Notes under the pieces: generated by a model
What the model was told of the DNA's origin: nothing
The model's input: the letters and a program-made list of their open reading frames with translations, nothing else
Database searches by the model: none
IMG/VR virus record: IMGVR_UViG_3300030330_003470
Span: 1 to 51,651 of that record
Direction: 5' to 3' (one strand)
DNA: 51,651 nucleotides
DNA from: a virus
Taxonomy: Duplodnaviria > Caudoviricetes
Program-made: the position numbers and the translations under genes
Shown: in pieces, positions 1-10,643 of the stretch
Position numbering within the stretch: position 1 is the first letter of the stretch
Layout: every line of letters starts with the position of its first letter

Positions 1-1403
1 TCTGGAATATACTCAGCTCTCATTAAATGAGATGATACTGAACCATCAGGATTCTTTCTAACTCCTCTTCTTTGTTTTACTTTAGGTCCACCTTTTTTTG
101 CCATTTGCATGTCATCTCCTTCTACTTGAGGAGCTTCATTCTTAGATATGTTGTTTAACATCCACATTAGGTCTTCGTCACTATATACTTGTCTAAGCTG
201 TCCAAAAGATTTAAAATTTTCTTTTAGTAGTGATTTATAAATTTCCGAATTTACTTTTTCTGTAAAAGGATCATAAATATTTCTATCTTGAGATTTTTTT
301 CTAATATCCATTAATCTTGCTCTAGTTTCAGTAGGTTCTGCAACATACTTGTTAAACCTATTTACACTTTCTATAATATCACGATTATCTTTTGCATACC
401 ATTCCAATTTTTGTGCAGGAGTCTTTACATGAGAAGGAAACAAGCTTTCCCGTTCTGCAAGTGTTTTCCAAAAAGGAGTTTTACTAAATTCAGTAATTGC
501 ATTTTTATTTATATATTCTACATCAGAATCAGGAATTAAATTTTTTAGATCTTTTTCCCAATTTCGGGGATTACTATATCCAGGTGCTCTATCTGTAGAA
601 TGACTGAGTTCATGTATATTAGCATGTCCAGATGGCTCCACTGATAGTTTATAAGGGTGGTGATTAATTCTTCCAGATTCAGGCATAGAGTAAGCAAGAT
701 ACCTGTTATCTGGATGGGTAGTCTCAACATTATTATCAACATACATAGGAGGCGGTGTAGTGGTTAGATTAAGGTTTCTTGCATTATACATAGTTTTAAA
801 AGCTTTGTCAGCCAAAGGGTTAGTTGCATTAGGATTCCATGAAGGACTAGGGTAACTAGATTCCATTGATTCCTTAAGCATTTGTTTATACCTAGGAGAA
901 TTCACATAATCTTTAAACCATTGTACATCTTTAGGATAACTTTCATTAGCTTCTACAATAGCTTTATTAATTTCTTCTCCTCTTGGATATTTTTTAAAAT
1001 AAACTTCATAACTAATACACTCATCATCTTCATGATCATAAATCTTACCTTTTGGACATGGTCCAACTCTATTTCTATCTTTCCCAAATAACCCCACAGC
1101 TTCACCAGCTTTTATAACATTATTATGACCCCAAGTAGTCCAGTGAGGATTAATAGTAGAGATCGCACCCATTTGAGCTTTAGGAAGTTGCCCACCTTCT
1201 TTAGCTAAAGGTATTTCATAAACAGAGTTTCCTGGAAATTGATAATCGTAACCAGGCATCATTATCATACTATTGCCTTCATCATCAATACCTAATACAG
1301 GACCTCCTACACCTTGCATAGTTATCTTTCCATCTACATTTGGAATTAATGTATTTTCTCCTGGGTAAGCCCACTGTCCGTATTTACTCTGTTTAAACTT
1401 CAT
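1..1403 (-). CDS. Virion cargo-like protein with zincin (HExxH) metalloprotease motif; runs off the window edge, C-terminus missing
   Basis: Not in the ORF track. ATG at 1403 overlaps the upstream stop (TAATG). Hand translation is open to base 1: MKFKQSKYGQWAYPGENTLIP...LAKEGGQLPKAQMG...NIHELSHSTDR...YVAEPTETRARL...MQMAKKGG. HELSH lies at 600-614 with a downstream Glu candidate. It follows the stabilization gene, as cargo genes do in crAss-like phages. Confidence 0.8.
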   Translation of the reverse strand, partial: MKFKQSKYGQWAYPGENTLIPNVDGKITMQGVGGPVLGIDDEGNSMIMMPGYDYQFPGNSVYEIPLAKEGGQLPKAQMGAISTINPHWTTWGHNNVIKAGEAVGLFGKDRNRVGPCPKGKIYDHEDDECISYEVYFKKYPRGEEINKAIVEANESYPKDVQWFKDYVNSPRYKQMLKESMESSYPSPSWNPNATNPLADKAFKTMYNARNLNLTTTPPPMYVDNNVETTHPDNRYLAYSMPESGRINHHPYKLSVEPSGHANIHELSHSTDRAPGYSNPRNWEKDLKNLIPDSDVEYINKNAITEFSKTPFWKTLAERESLFPSHVKTPAQKLEWYAKDNRDIIESVNRFNKYVAEPTETRARLMDIRKKSQDRNIYDPFTEKVNSEIYKSLLKENFKSFGQLRQVYSDEDLMWMLNNISKNEAPQVEGDDMQMAKKGGPKVKQRRGVRKNPDGSVSSHLMRAEYIP

Positions 1404-4400
1404 TACCTAGGTGAGTTTTGATTTTTGACATTAGCGATTTTAAGAACCATGTTAGCATCTTGAGGATTCTTTTTAATTAACCTTACAAAGTTATTATAAT
1501 GTCTGAACTTTTTTCTTTGGAGTTGAGGTTTATTATAATTAAGGTTTACAGGATTTAACTCTTGTATATAACCGTTTGCCTTAGTATTCCAAATTTGATT
1601 TTCAGTATAGTTACCTAGTAATCTTGTAGTACCAGGTACTAATGGTCCTGTAGGAGGATAACCAGCACCATCTGGAAACTCTCCTCTGTTATCTGTAATA
1701 TCCCAGAATTGATTAAATCTATACTTCTGCTCCTCTTTAGATACTAATATGTCTACAGTATCTATATTTATTTTTGGATATGTTTGTGCTAAAGCAATAT
1801 TATTTTTTGGAAATATATTTAAATTAAGATATCCTGAAACCTGTTCTGAATTTGAAATTATAGCTTGATCAAAATTATAGTCTAAAACATGATATTGATC
1901 TACACAGAAATTAGAATCTCTTTTAAAACATTCTAGATAATATTCAATGCTTCTTACAGTTACAACATTTTGTCCTGTAGGTACAGGTATACCAACTTCA
2001 AATGGAAACTGAGTTCCATAGAAATTACAGTAATCATTACAGCCTGCATTGTGTTCCCATATACCACCTAGTTTAGTAGTATAATGTTTATTTCTTCCTG
2101 ATAAATATAAATTAGGATGCCAATCATGAAATGATATCCATTGTTTATTTTTAGGGTCAAAACTTATTGTCCATGAAGCATCTTCAAAAATTCTAGGATC
2201 TCCTAATTTAACACTAATTTGATTGTTTTTAGTTTTATCTGAAGCTAGTGTTACCGCAAATTTATCTTCTCTAATATATTCTACTTGACCTTTATATTCA
2301 GGTTTAAGCATATAATCTTTTTTAGAAAAATAAATAACACTGTTACTGTTATCATAGCCTATTGAACATCCAATACCAGCTACAGGATTATCTACATGAG
2401 GAAAGTTAGGAAAGTCTTCTATAAGCTTATAAGGTAAGAATTCTTCAAACCACCATTTCATATTTATAGAAGATATGTCTTGAAGAGTATCTCCATATGT
2501 AAATATTTTACCTTGTTGCTGACTTATAAAGTATAAGCCTGCAGGTGAAGATAACACTCCTAATCTATCCTGTGAGGATCCAAATTCATATTTAGATTCT
2601 GCAGCTGTTACATTCCTAGGAGTTGCAGAAAATAAAAGACCATCTCCAACTGTAGCAGAAACACCTATGTAATCTTCTCTTTGATCAACACCTTGATACA
2701 TTAAAGGACTAGCATCTTCAAATGTGATAAACATTCCTGTCTTTGCAAAACTTTTTACTGAGTTTACATGATTCTTAAATACTACCCTATTAAGTGGTAA
2801 AAAGGTTCTCCAAGATTCAACAATACTTTCTTGAGTTTCAGGTAAAGAATAATTTATAACATTTGGAGAAGATGTAAAACATAATTCAGCTACAGTAGGA
2901 TCATAACTTCTTCCTTGTAGTGCACCTAGATTAAATGTTTGATTTACAAAAAATTCAGATACACTTAAAGAATATTCATAGTCATAAAAATTACCTGCTT
3001 TTAATATATCAGGATTAATATCAAATAAAGAAACTAAATCTGTATATCTATATTTATCATAATGATATTGTCTTTGTAAATCTCCTCTTGTTCTAAAATC
3101 TACTATAACATCACTTTCAACAAAGAAGTCTCTAATACCACATGCAGCTAAATAAAAGTATGAATCTTTAGGAGTTAATAAACCAGGATAACCTAATATT
3201 CCATTTTTATTAGTTTCAGCATCATAACGTTTATTATCAAGTCTATAGTAACTACTTGGAAATAAACCTGAGCCTGCAGAAGCACCAACAATATAGTCTT
3301 GAAAGTTACTTAAGTTAATTTCTGAAATATCCCAAGGTTGACTGTTAGCCCAGAACTTTGGAAATGGTACAGAAGGATATAAGAAATAATTAAATTCTTC
3401 GCCTCTTGCAGTATTGTATAACCAAAACTGAAAGAAAGGCATTATATTCTTTTCAGTAAATCTATTTACATATGTATCACCTCCAAAAAATATTTTAGTT
3501 TCTTGTATTTTATTAAGAACTAAAGGAACTGGACAGTTTGGTACAGTTGTGGTTGTTTGTCCTAATGTGTCAAAATCAATTTTTTGTTCACAAGGTGTTG
3601 CAATTATTTGTCTAATTGTATCTAGTTGACCATATTGATTTTTAATTCTAAACTTTAACCCAGCATAATAGCTAGCAATATTATTAGTAAAAGGTTTTTC
3701 TTTACCTTCATTTGAATATTTTACAGCAGCATGTGTTGCCTCAGCATAATCTAAAGTCATTAAAGACTGATCTATACTATTACTACCTGGCCCTCCTTGA
3801 AGAATATATTCAGGACCTTCTTGATCTCCATTAGGTTTAGCTACTCTTAAAACAGGTTTGTTAGGTCTATTAAGATTATTTATTCTATAGCTAACTGATG
3901 TACCTGTTGCTGTATTTAAATACTCAGGAAAATCTTGAACTTCTCCAAAAACATAAATGCCATCTTCAATAGAGTATCTATATACACTTAAACCTGAATT
4001 TACAAATTCATTATAATCCCCATGGCCTATTTGCTCTAGAGAATACTGTCTATATCTAGCAATAGCTTTTAATAAATCTACAGTAATTTGAATACCTTCC
4101 AATGTATGAAAAAGTAATAAACCTAAATCAGAACCAACTAAGTTTGTAATTAATGGAGGCAATACATCCTCGTGAGTATAGTTTCTTTCTACAGTAGGTG
4201 TAGTATGATATTTTCCTTTATCAGCAAAATCTTCTTCAATGTCTACTAGTATTTCATCTAATGATTGACCTGTGGGACTATTTGGAAAAAATACAGCTTG
4301 GAATGCATTATAATTATCAATTCTTGTTTTAATTTCACTAGGTGAAAGTTGAGCATTATTTACATTCGTTTCATCATCTTCATTAGCTAAATAATTTTGA

Positions 4401-6832
4401 TCTGTTTCTATTGCAGAAATGTTGACACTGCCATTAGTACCTGATTGACCAGCAACAGAATACGGAACTGTAATAAGATTACCTGCTTGTAATGTATTAG
4501 TATCATTAGCTTTAGTTATTTCAGGAATATACTGTGGTTCCCAAGTTCCTGCAGGATAGTTAATACGTAAATTACCTGTAGCTCTAAATATAGCATTAAC
4601 AATACCACCTAGTATTCCTACTGCAACTACAGTATCTGATAGTAATTGAAACTCAGGATGTCCAAGTGGTTCTATAAATCTTTGTTCAGCTTGACCCTTT
4701 AAGTATCCATATATCTTCATCTCAGACATCTGTAAATACGGAGTCTTAAAAGATGTATCAGGAGAATGAAAACTTAACATATCAGTAGGAATAGACTGAT
4801 TTACAAAACCTGGATCAGCATCACCTGAAAATACAGGCTCTTCACCATCTCTACTTAATATGTAAGGATCATTTAAATTAAAGTTAAAATCATTTGGATC
4901 AGATGAGTTTTGTGCTGGTCTGATACAATTAAAAGGATAGTTAGCATATAAACCAATTTTACTAGAGTTACCTCCACTAACACCTTGCAATGTATAATCT
5001 CTAAAGTTATTTACCATACCTTTAGCTACTACAGATTTATTACCTATTCTAGACCCTCTTAATATTTCATACCCAACAATACCTTCAATATCATAACCAT
5101 CATTATCTTTAGGAAGAGTAATGTTTTTAAATCTTACACCCATTAATCTAATATGATAAGTTCCATCAGGTTTTTTAACAAAATGATTTGTTTGTGGTGA
5201 AAGCCCATTATCAGGAAATTTATGATGTCTTATAGGTAATCCACAAAGATCATAGTCTGGAGATGTTTCATGCGTCCAACAATATTCACTTGAGTTCCAT
5301 ATCTCAGGTTTATCTGCAGGATATCTTTCACTAGATTGCCAATAAGCCATATTACCAGATGCTATAATTTGTCCACCGTCACCATTATCAATAGGCCCTC
5401 CTTGAGGAATTACTGTTGCAGTATTAATAGTTTCAAAAAGTTTTGTATCACCATTAAATGAATTAGCATCAGCATAATCAGCATTTTCTAAAATACCATT
5501 ATAGGCTACAGCAGCCCTACCTGGAATATGGTATGATGCAGATTTATCTCCTGTATCATAAACCCATCTAATAAAAAATGCATAGACTTCATCTCTTAAG
5601 TATCCAGCATTTTTATTTCCATCTTTATAGTATGTTTCAGGATACTCCACAGATACCCACTCAGACTTAATTAAGTTTGCTAAAGGTTGATAATTAAAAT
5701 CAAACCTGCTTTTAGGGCCAATCTTTAATAAATATCTATTAGCCTCTACTAATTGTTCTGAAGTTTCAATTACAGGATTTAATTGAAATATATTCCCAGG
5801 ACTTGTATTTTCTAAACTTTCAGATATTTGATCTAGTACTATTTTTTTAGTATTTATAGAATAGTATCCTAAAATTTTGTAATCTACAATTCCTTTAATT
5901 ATATATACAACTGATAGTTCATATTCATCAAAATGATCACTATCTAAATCTTCAATATTTATTTCTAAAGATCCTTTGCCATCTACTTCATTAAATATAG
6001 GTTGAACATATGAAAGTGAAAAGTAATTTGTTACTTTTTGATTATTAATACTGTAGGCCAATCCTACAGCATATGATCCATTTAATACTAAACCTTGTTG
6101 GCTACCTACACTTAAATCAACACAAGGAGTCTTAACTAAACTTGATAATCTTATTCTGTCACAGTTTAGTTCATTCTTAGGTGTACATATAATACATGCA
6201 CCTGTAGTACAATCCTCTTTCCATTCTACACCTGGCCATAAAAAATCATTAACTGTACCATTGCTATAATAGTTAACAGTTGTACTTCCGCCAAGTCCAC
6301 CTAACCATGAATAATCATCAGTAGGCCATAATTTAGGATCACCTATATTAAGATACCTATCAGGATTATTTCCATCTGCCCAATATACTTGCCAACTACA
6401 ATCTTGTTTTTCTCTGGATGCTCCAGATATTAAATGAAATTTACTAAACTTTAAACAAGCATCTCTTACTATAGGTCTATATCTATCTAAATCTTCTTCA
6501 AATAAACCAATTTCTGAAGTTAAAACATTATTACCTGGTCCATCATAGATTGCTGAATATATAACCCATTTACTTTCAAATAAAGAAATACCACCAATTA
6601 TAACTACTTGATGAGGAACATTAATGTCTCCACCAATAATTCCTTTTAGAGCATTTGATTCTTCATTTGACAATGTACCTAGATCACCCTCTCTTGTATT
6701 ATTGGATGCATTTCTTGCATAGTTCCACATCCCATCTTGAATAAATGACGGTTCTGTATCTCTTGTTAAACCTTTAACAAAAGATCTAGTCTGATCTAGA
6801 CTTCTACTTGGTTGTTTTCTTTGCTTTGCCAT
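1403..6832 (-). CDS. Tail stabilization / muzzle protein (P22 gp10-like, crAss-like), 1809 aa
   Basis: N-terminal SFVKGLTRDTEPSFIQDGMWNYARNA, beta-propeller-like segments (VYWADGNNPDRYLNI, WTISFDPKNKQWISFHDW), size and position after the ring proteins. Confidence 0.75.
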   Translation of the reverse strand: MAKQRKQPSRSLDQTRSFVKGLTRDTEPSFIQDGMWNYARNASNNTREGDLGTLSNEESNALKGIIGGDINVPHQVVIIGGISLFESKWVIYSAIYDGPGNNVLTSEIGLFEEDLDRYRPIVRDACLKFSKFHLISGASREKQDCSWQVYWADGNNPDRYLNIGDPKLWPTDDYSWLGGLGGSTTVNYYSNGTVNDFLWPGVEWKEDCTTGACIICTPKNELNCDRIRLSSLVKTPCVDLSVGSQQGLVLNGSYAVGLAYSINNQKVTNYFSLSYVQPIFNEVDGKGSLEINIEDLDSDHFDEYELSVVYIIKGIVDYKILGYYSINTKKIVLDQISESLENTSPGNIFQLNPVIETSEQLVEANRYLLKIGPKSRFDFNYQPLANLIKSEWVSVEYPETYYKDGNKNAGYLRDEVYAFFIRWVYDTGDKSASYHIPGRAAVAYNGILENADYADANSFNGDTKLFETINTATVIPQGGPIDNGDGGQIIASGNMAYWQSSERYPADKPEIWNSSEYCWTHETSPDYDLCGLPIRHHKFPDNGLSPQTNHFVKKPDGTYHIRLMGVRFKNITLPKDNDGYDIEGIVGYEILRGSRIGNKSVVAKGMVNNFRDYTLQGVSGGNSSKIGLYANYPFNCIRPAQNSSDPNDFNFNLNDPYILSRDGEEPVFSGDADPGFVNQSIPTDMLSFHSPDTSFKTPYLQMSEMKIYGYLKGQAEQRFIEPLGHPEFQLLSDTVVAVGILGGIVNAIFRATGNLRINYPAGTWEPQYIPEITKANDTNTLQAGNLITVPYSVAGQSGTNGSVNISAIETDQNYLANEDDETNVNNAQLSPSEIKTRIDNYNAFQAVFFPNSPTGQSLDEILVDIEEDFADKGKYHTTPTVERNYTHEDVLPPLITNLVGSDLGLLLFHTLEGIQITVDLLKAIARYRQYSLEQIGHGDYNEFVNSGLSVYRYSIEDGIYVFGEVQDFPEYLNTATGTSVSYRINNLNRPNKPVLRVAKPNGDQEGPEYILQGGPGSNSIDQSLMTLDYAEATHAAVKYSNEGKEKPFTNNIASYYAGLKFRIKNQYGQLDTIRQIIATPCEQKIDFDTLGQTTTTVPNCPVPLVLNKIQETKIFFGGDTYVNRFTEKNIMPFFQFWLYNTARGEEFNYFLYPSVPFPKFWANSQPWDISEINLSNFQDYIVGASAGSGLFPSSYYRLDNKRYDAETNKNGILGYPGLLTPKDSYFYLAACGIRDFFVESDVIVDFRTRGDLQRQYHYDKYRYTDLVSLFDINPDILKAGNFYDYEYSLSVSEFFVNQTFNLGALQGRSYDPTVAELCFTSSPNVINYSLPETQESIVESWRTFLPLNRVVFKNHVNSVKSFAKTGMFITFEDASPLMYQGVDQREDYIGVSATVGDGLLFSATPRNVTAAESKYEFGSSQDRLGVLSSPAGLYFISQQQGKIFTYGDTLQDISSINMKWWFEEFLPYKLIEDFPNFPHVDNPVAGIGCSIGYDNSNSVIYFSKKDYMLKPEYKGQVEYIREDKFAVTLASDKTKNNQISVKLGDPRIFEDASWTISFDPKNKQWISFHDWHPNLYLSGRNKHYTTKLGGIWEHNAGCNDYCNFYGTQFPFEVGIPVPTGQNVVTVRSIEYYLECFKRDSNFCVDQYHVLDYNFDQAIISNSEQVSGYLNLNIFPKNNIALAQTYPKINIDTVDILVSKEEQKYRFNQFWDITDNRGEFPDGAGYPPTGPLVPGTTRLLGNYTENQIWNTKANGYIQELNPVNLNYNKPQLQRKKFRHYNNFVRLIKKNPQDANMVLKIANVKNQNSPR

Positions 6833-7866
6833 TATTGTAACCTCGCACTTCTATTTAAATTATAACCACTTAAAGGGCCATGTGATTTAAACATATCATA
6901 ATATCTACGATACATAGCCTTTCTATTAGCAGACCATATTTGTCTTATCTCTGCAAAGTTTGGTGTATTAACCACACTCTTAGCATTGTTTCTTGCCGCT
7001 CTTAATCTTTGTTCAACAAGTTGCATTCTTTGAGAAACATCTTCTCCATTAATATATAAATTTTCAAGAATCCTTGATTTAAATGCATATTCATAATATT
7101 CATTTATAAGGTCATGATCAGGAACTAATAAGTTACCTTCATCATCTTCCATCTGACCCTGATAATTTAAATATACTTTACCTGTTTTAAATGTAGTAAA
7201 TAAAAAACCATGCTTTATCCAACCTTCATGATGTGTATTATAATATAAATTTGGACAGTCACATTCAATATTCTGACTAGGTTTCATTTTCAAAGGATGA
7301 AGCTCATTGTATATAAATGTTTCTCCTGTATTTATAGTTTGAATTAATTCATAAGACTCACCTTTACAGTTCATAAAAACTCTAGGTTTTATGCAAGCAT
7401 CACCATATGGTTGTTTTGGATCATGTACAAGACACTCTCCTTCATTTCCTTTATCATCACAACAAGGTGTTGCTTCAGATGAATCACATGGATCTGGCAC
7501 TTGTGCAGGAAAATCACTATATGTTTCAGGAATTGTGCCATCTGTAATTTTTACTTCATGCATATTTGTACCACCAGCCCATCCATCATAACCTAAAGTT
7601 TTTGCAGACTTTCTATCCCCGCATATGTAAGCAAAATTAAATGTATAAAAATCATCAGGTAATTTTACCTTACCATGATTTACTTCTAGAATGATTTCTT
7701 TTTGCTGATTAATTCTTAATCCTAAATCATAATTTAATTTCTTAGCAAGCTTGATTAGCTGCTGAGGTTCAATCATATTTTCTAGAGCAAATGTATTTAA
7801 GTCTATAGTTACATCTTCTAAAAGTTGATCAAAGGTTCTATATTTTAATGTATAATTGTAATCCAT
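6832..7866 (-). CDS. Tail ring / tubular protein, 344 aa
   Basis: GKVKLPDDF and VYLNYQGQMEDDEGNLLVPDH motifs resemble crAss-like ring proteins. Translationally coupled to the muzzle gene. Confidence 0.6.
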   Translation of the reverse strand: MDYNYTLKYRTFDQLLEDVTIDLNTFALENMIEPQQLIKLAKKLNYDLGLRINQQKEIILEVNHGKVKLPDDFYTFNFAYICGDRKSAKTLGYDGWAGGTNMHEVKITDGTIPETYSDFPAQVPDPCDSSEATPCCDDKGNEGECLVHDPKQPYGDACIKPRVFMNCKGESYELIQTINTGETFIYNELHPLKMKPSQNIECDCPNLYYNTHHEGWIKHGFLFTTFKTGKVYLNYQGQMEDDEGNLLVPDHDLINEYYEYAFKSRILENLYINGEDVSQRMQLVEQRLRAARNNAKSVVNTPNFAEIRQIWSANRKAMYRRYYDMFKSHGPLSGYNLNRSARLQ

Positions 7867-8531
7867 TATCTAAGTGTATTTTGTCCATCATCAGGTCCAT
7901 CTGTAGGAACTTGAATAGTCATGCTTAATTCTTTTACCACATACTGCTCTATTTCTGAAAATAAATAGTCAGGTATGTTCAATGATTGTTCTTGTTTTAT
8001 AAGACATTTATCTGAATCACAAGTTTCAGTATCATTTTCAAAAATAGCTTCTATCTTAACCGCATCCCATTCTAGATTTGGAAAATAAAGATAACCATCT
8101 AAATACCAAAAGTATTGACGCTTATTGTATTTAAATGTAGTTGTTTTAGTCATAGAAACAAAAGTACCAGGATCAGTTCTAAATAACTCTATAGAACCAT
8201 CAATAGAAGATACTGTCCTAAATATAGGACCTTGTATACCTGTTAAAAGATCTGGTAATCGTTCTTTTGTTCTTTTAAAATAACAACCTGAGTAAACTCC
8301 TACACATGCAGCATCTACTTTATCTACTTCAATAAGTTCAACATAAGGCATTACTTTGAAGATATTACTAATCTTCATAAGCCTTAATTGATTATCTTCT
8401 CTCTTCATAAGAGATTGACCATACTTAATTATTGAATAATAGATTGTTCTATCTGTTAAAAAGGGATCTTCTTTAACAGCCTTAAGTGTATTTCTTACTC
8501 TTGATATTGCTTCACCAACTGTTGTGCTCAT
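7866..8531 (-). CDS. Tail ring / head-tail connector protein, 221 aa
   Basis: TTVGEAISRVRNTLK, YFWYLDGYLYFPN and synteny with the ring cluster. Confidence 0.6.
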   Translation of the reverse strand: MSTTVGEAISRVRNTLKAVKEDPFLTDRTIYYSIIKYGQSLMKREDNQLRLMKISNIFKVMPYVELIEVDKVDAACVGVYSGCYFKRTKERLPDLLTGIQGPIFRTVSSIDGSIELFRTDPGTFVSMTKTTTFKYNKRQYFWYLDGYLYFPNLEWDAVKIEAIFENDTETCDSDKCLIKQEQSLNIPDYLFSEIEQYVVKELSMTIQVPTDGPDDGQNTLR

Positions 8532-9109
8532 AGGTCAAATTCATTATAGTCTTTTAAAGCGTGTTCTTGCTTCTTAAGTCTTATTTCATTAGCTACTTTT
8601 TTAGAGTATGCTAATTTTAATTTTTGCTGTGGATCAACTACTATATAGTTATTCCAATTTTCAGGATATGTTTTAGCAACTGCTCTTTTAAATTCTCTAC
8701 AACCAGTAAATCCCCAAAACTCTCTATTTTTAAACTTATGTTTTAAAGCACCATTTGTAAAAAATATTTTAGCCAACTTCCCATCACTATCCCAATTCTT
8801 ATTAGAAACCTTAACACCATACTTTCTAGATTTAGCAAAATCAATATTTTTCTTTTTACTAGCTTGACAAGTTCCAATGAATAACCAACCTAATGATTCA
8901 GGAAGTTCTACTCCATTTCTTTTATCAATTACTGTTTCATAAACTCTTTTATTAAAAGATTTTATTATTGATCTTAATTCTTTATCCTTTAAGTTTTTAT
9001 ACTTTGGATATTTCTTTCTAAATCTTTCAAAGAACTCTTTATTTAAAACTTCATATGTATCTGTTCTAAACCTTGGAGCCTGTAAGTTGGGTGTTTTAAA
9101 TGGTTCCAT
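8528..9109 (-). CDS. Basic IHF/HU-like DNA-binding protein, 193 aa
   Basis: Lys-rich; helical region followed by GVELPESLGWLFI, resembling the HU/IHF strand motif. Crass-like tail modules carry an IHF-like gene here. Confidence 0.5.
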   Translation of the reverse strand: MEPFKTPNLQAPRFRTDTYEVLNKEFFERFRKKYPKYKNLKDKELRSIIKSFNKRVYETVIDKRNGVELPESLGWLFIGTCQASKKKNIDFAKSRKYGVKVSNKNWDSDGKLAKIFFTNGALKHKFKNREFWGFTGCREFKRAVAKTYPENWNNYIVVDPQQKLKLAYSKKVANEIRLKKQEHALKDYNEFDL

Positions 9110-9164
9110 ACTACTTAAATAATATACTAAAAATTAATGAGATTAACAAGTATAACAAATATAG

Positions 9165-9200
9165 TAAAAAAAGAAAACCCCCACTAGTGTGAGGGCTCTC
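9165..9200 (-). terminator. Intrinsic terminator after the 449-aa fibre gene
   Basis: Minus strand gagagccctcac-acta-gtggggttttc followed by a T run. Confidence 0.75.
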
Positions 9201-9241
9201 CTGTTGTTAGCCACAGAAACCAACAAACTGCGACAATATTA

Positions 9242-10591
9242 TTATCCCATTACTGAGTATGTTACATCAGTAGAAAGATTTCCACCAATATCTGTAATTG
9301 TTAAGTTGTCATTATCATTAAACGTTACAGTATAATCTACACCTGCATAATATGCATTACCTCCTGCGGTAGCATCTCTTACAGTTACCATTACATTAAG
9401 TTTGCTTAAACCATGAGCTACTGCTATAGTACCTCCAGCACCTGGAGCAGGTATAGTAGCAGGTCCGTTAAATTTAGCAACATCAGCAGCTATACTTAAT
9501 TCAGTTGCAGAAGATAGCATAGTTGTTCCACTTCCTTGAACAATACTTTTAACAGCTAAAGCTGGTCCTACACCATCATTTACTAAATCATTACCACTTC
9601 CAACAGTAGCTAATGTTACATCAGTTGCTGGAGAAGTATTTGTAATTTCTAAAGTATCCGTTGCAGGATCTATTGTAGTTGTAATACCACCTGCTCCAAC
9701 AACATTTAAGTTATCAGTAGTAGTATCAGCAGTTACAGCAGTACCCGCATCATCAGTAAATCTTGTCCATACATTTTTAACATTTTTTAATGGAGCAGCT
9801 ATAGTACCATCACCATCAAGACCCGTAGTTGCATCTATTTCTATCCCTGTAAATGCAATTCTCATTGCTAATGCAGTTACATCTACATCAACATCAATTC
9901 CTTCTCCTGAAAGAACTGTAAATGTATCTAATGAAGATGTTGCAATTGCAGAACCTACAGAAGACCAAGTATATGTTCCTGGATCAGTATCTGTAATATC
10001 AAATTGAGCATAAGCATTTGCATGAACTACGGTTCCTGGTACAGCAGATGCACCTGTAACATGTCCAAATGTATCAAAAGTAAAGTTAATAGATTGGATA
10101 AATGAGTTACCAGTATTATTGCTAGATAAATCAGTTACAGAAGATGTATCTTCATGAGATACAGTTACTGTTCCTGCTACAGCATCTGGTGCTACATCAA
10201 TTCCAGGTCCAGCTAATACTTTTGCTAGAATTTGATTAGTAATGATAGGAGCAACCCATATTTCAAATGCAGCCATATCAGCAGATACAGTATAAGTTGT
10301 TACAGAAGTAACAGGATCTGTTGTAGGCACTACATCAATAAATGCACTACCTGCTACTACACTAGCGGGTGGAGCTACTTTACTACATACATAGTCTACT
10401 AATTTTGTGATAGCACTATCTAAATAATCATTTCTAGAGATTACAACATCTCCATCACAAGTTAAATCTACTCCTGTATAAACAATGCATTGCATGTTAA
10501 ATACTTCTGAGCAGGCTGGTGGACATGTTGCCGATACCGTATAAGTACCAGTACATCCACAATTTGGGGTATTACAAGTTGAACAAGCCAT
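9242..10591 (-). CDS. Tail/head fibre-like structural protein, 449 aa
   Basis: Cys-rich N-terminus (CIVYTGVDLTC); Thr/Gly/Asp-rich fibre repeats (AGPGIDV, SGEGIDV, GAGGITT); C-terminal VAHGL...VMVTV motif. Confidence 0.65.
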   Translation of the reverse strand: MACSTCNTPNCGCTGTYTVSATCPPACSEVFNMQCIVYTGVDLTCDGDVVISRNDYLDSAITKLVDYVCSKVAPPASVVAGSAFIDVVPTTDPVTSVTTYTVSADMAAFEIWVAPIITNQILAKVLAGPGIDVAPDAVAGTVTVSHEDTSSVTDLSSNNTGNSFIQSINFTFDTFGHVTGASAVPGTVVHANAYAQFDITDTDPGTYTWSSVGSAIATSSLDTFTVLSGEGIDVDVDVTALAMRIAFTGIEIDATTGLDGDGTIAAPLKNVKNVWTRFTDDAGTAVTADTTTDNLNVVGAGGITTTIDPATDTLEITNTSPATDVTLATVGSGNDLVNDGVGPALAVKSIVQGSGTTMLSSATELSIAADVAKFNGPATIPAPGAGGTIAVAHGLSKLNVMVTVRDATAGGNAYYAGVDYTVTFNDNDNLTITDIGGNLSTDVTYSVMG

Positions 10592-10643
10592 TTTATTTTA
10601 TTTTTATTTTATATATATATATTACAATTTTTTTAATTTTTTT

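Noticed and set aside
545-1091. Track ORFs 545..742 (-) and 882..1091 (+)
   Set aside because: Shadow frames inside the long minus-strand ORF 1..1403.
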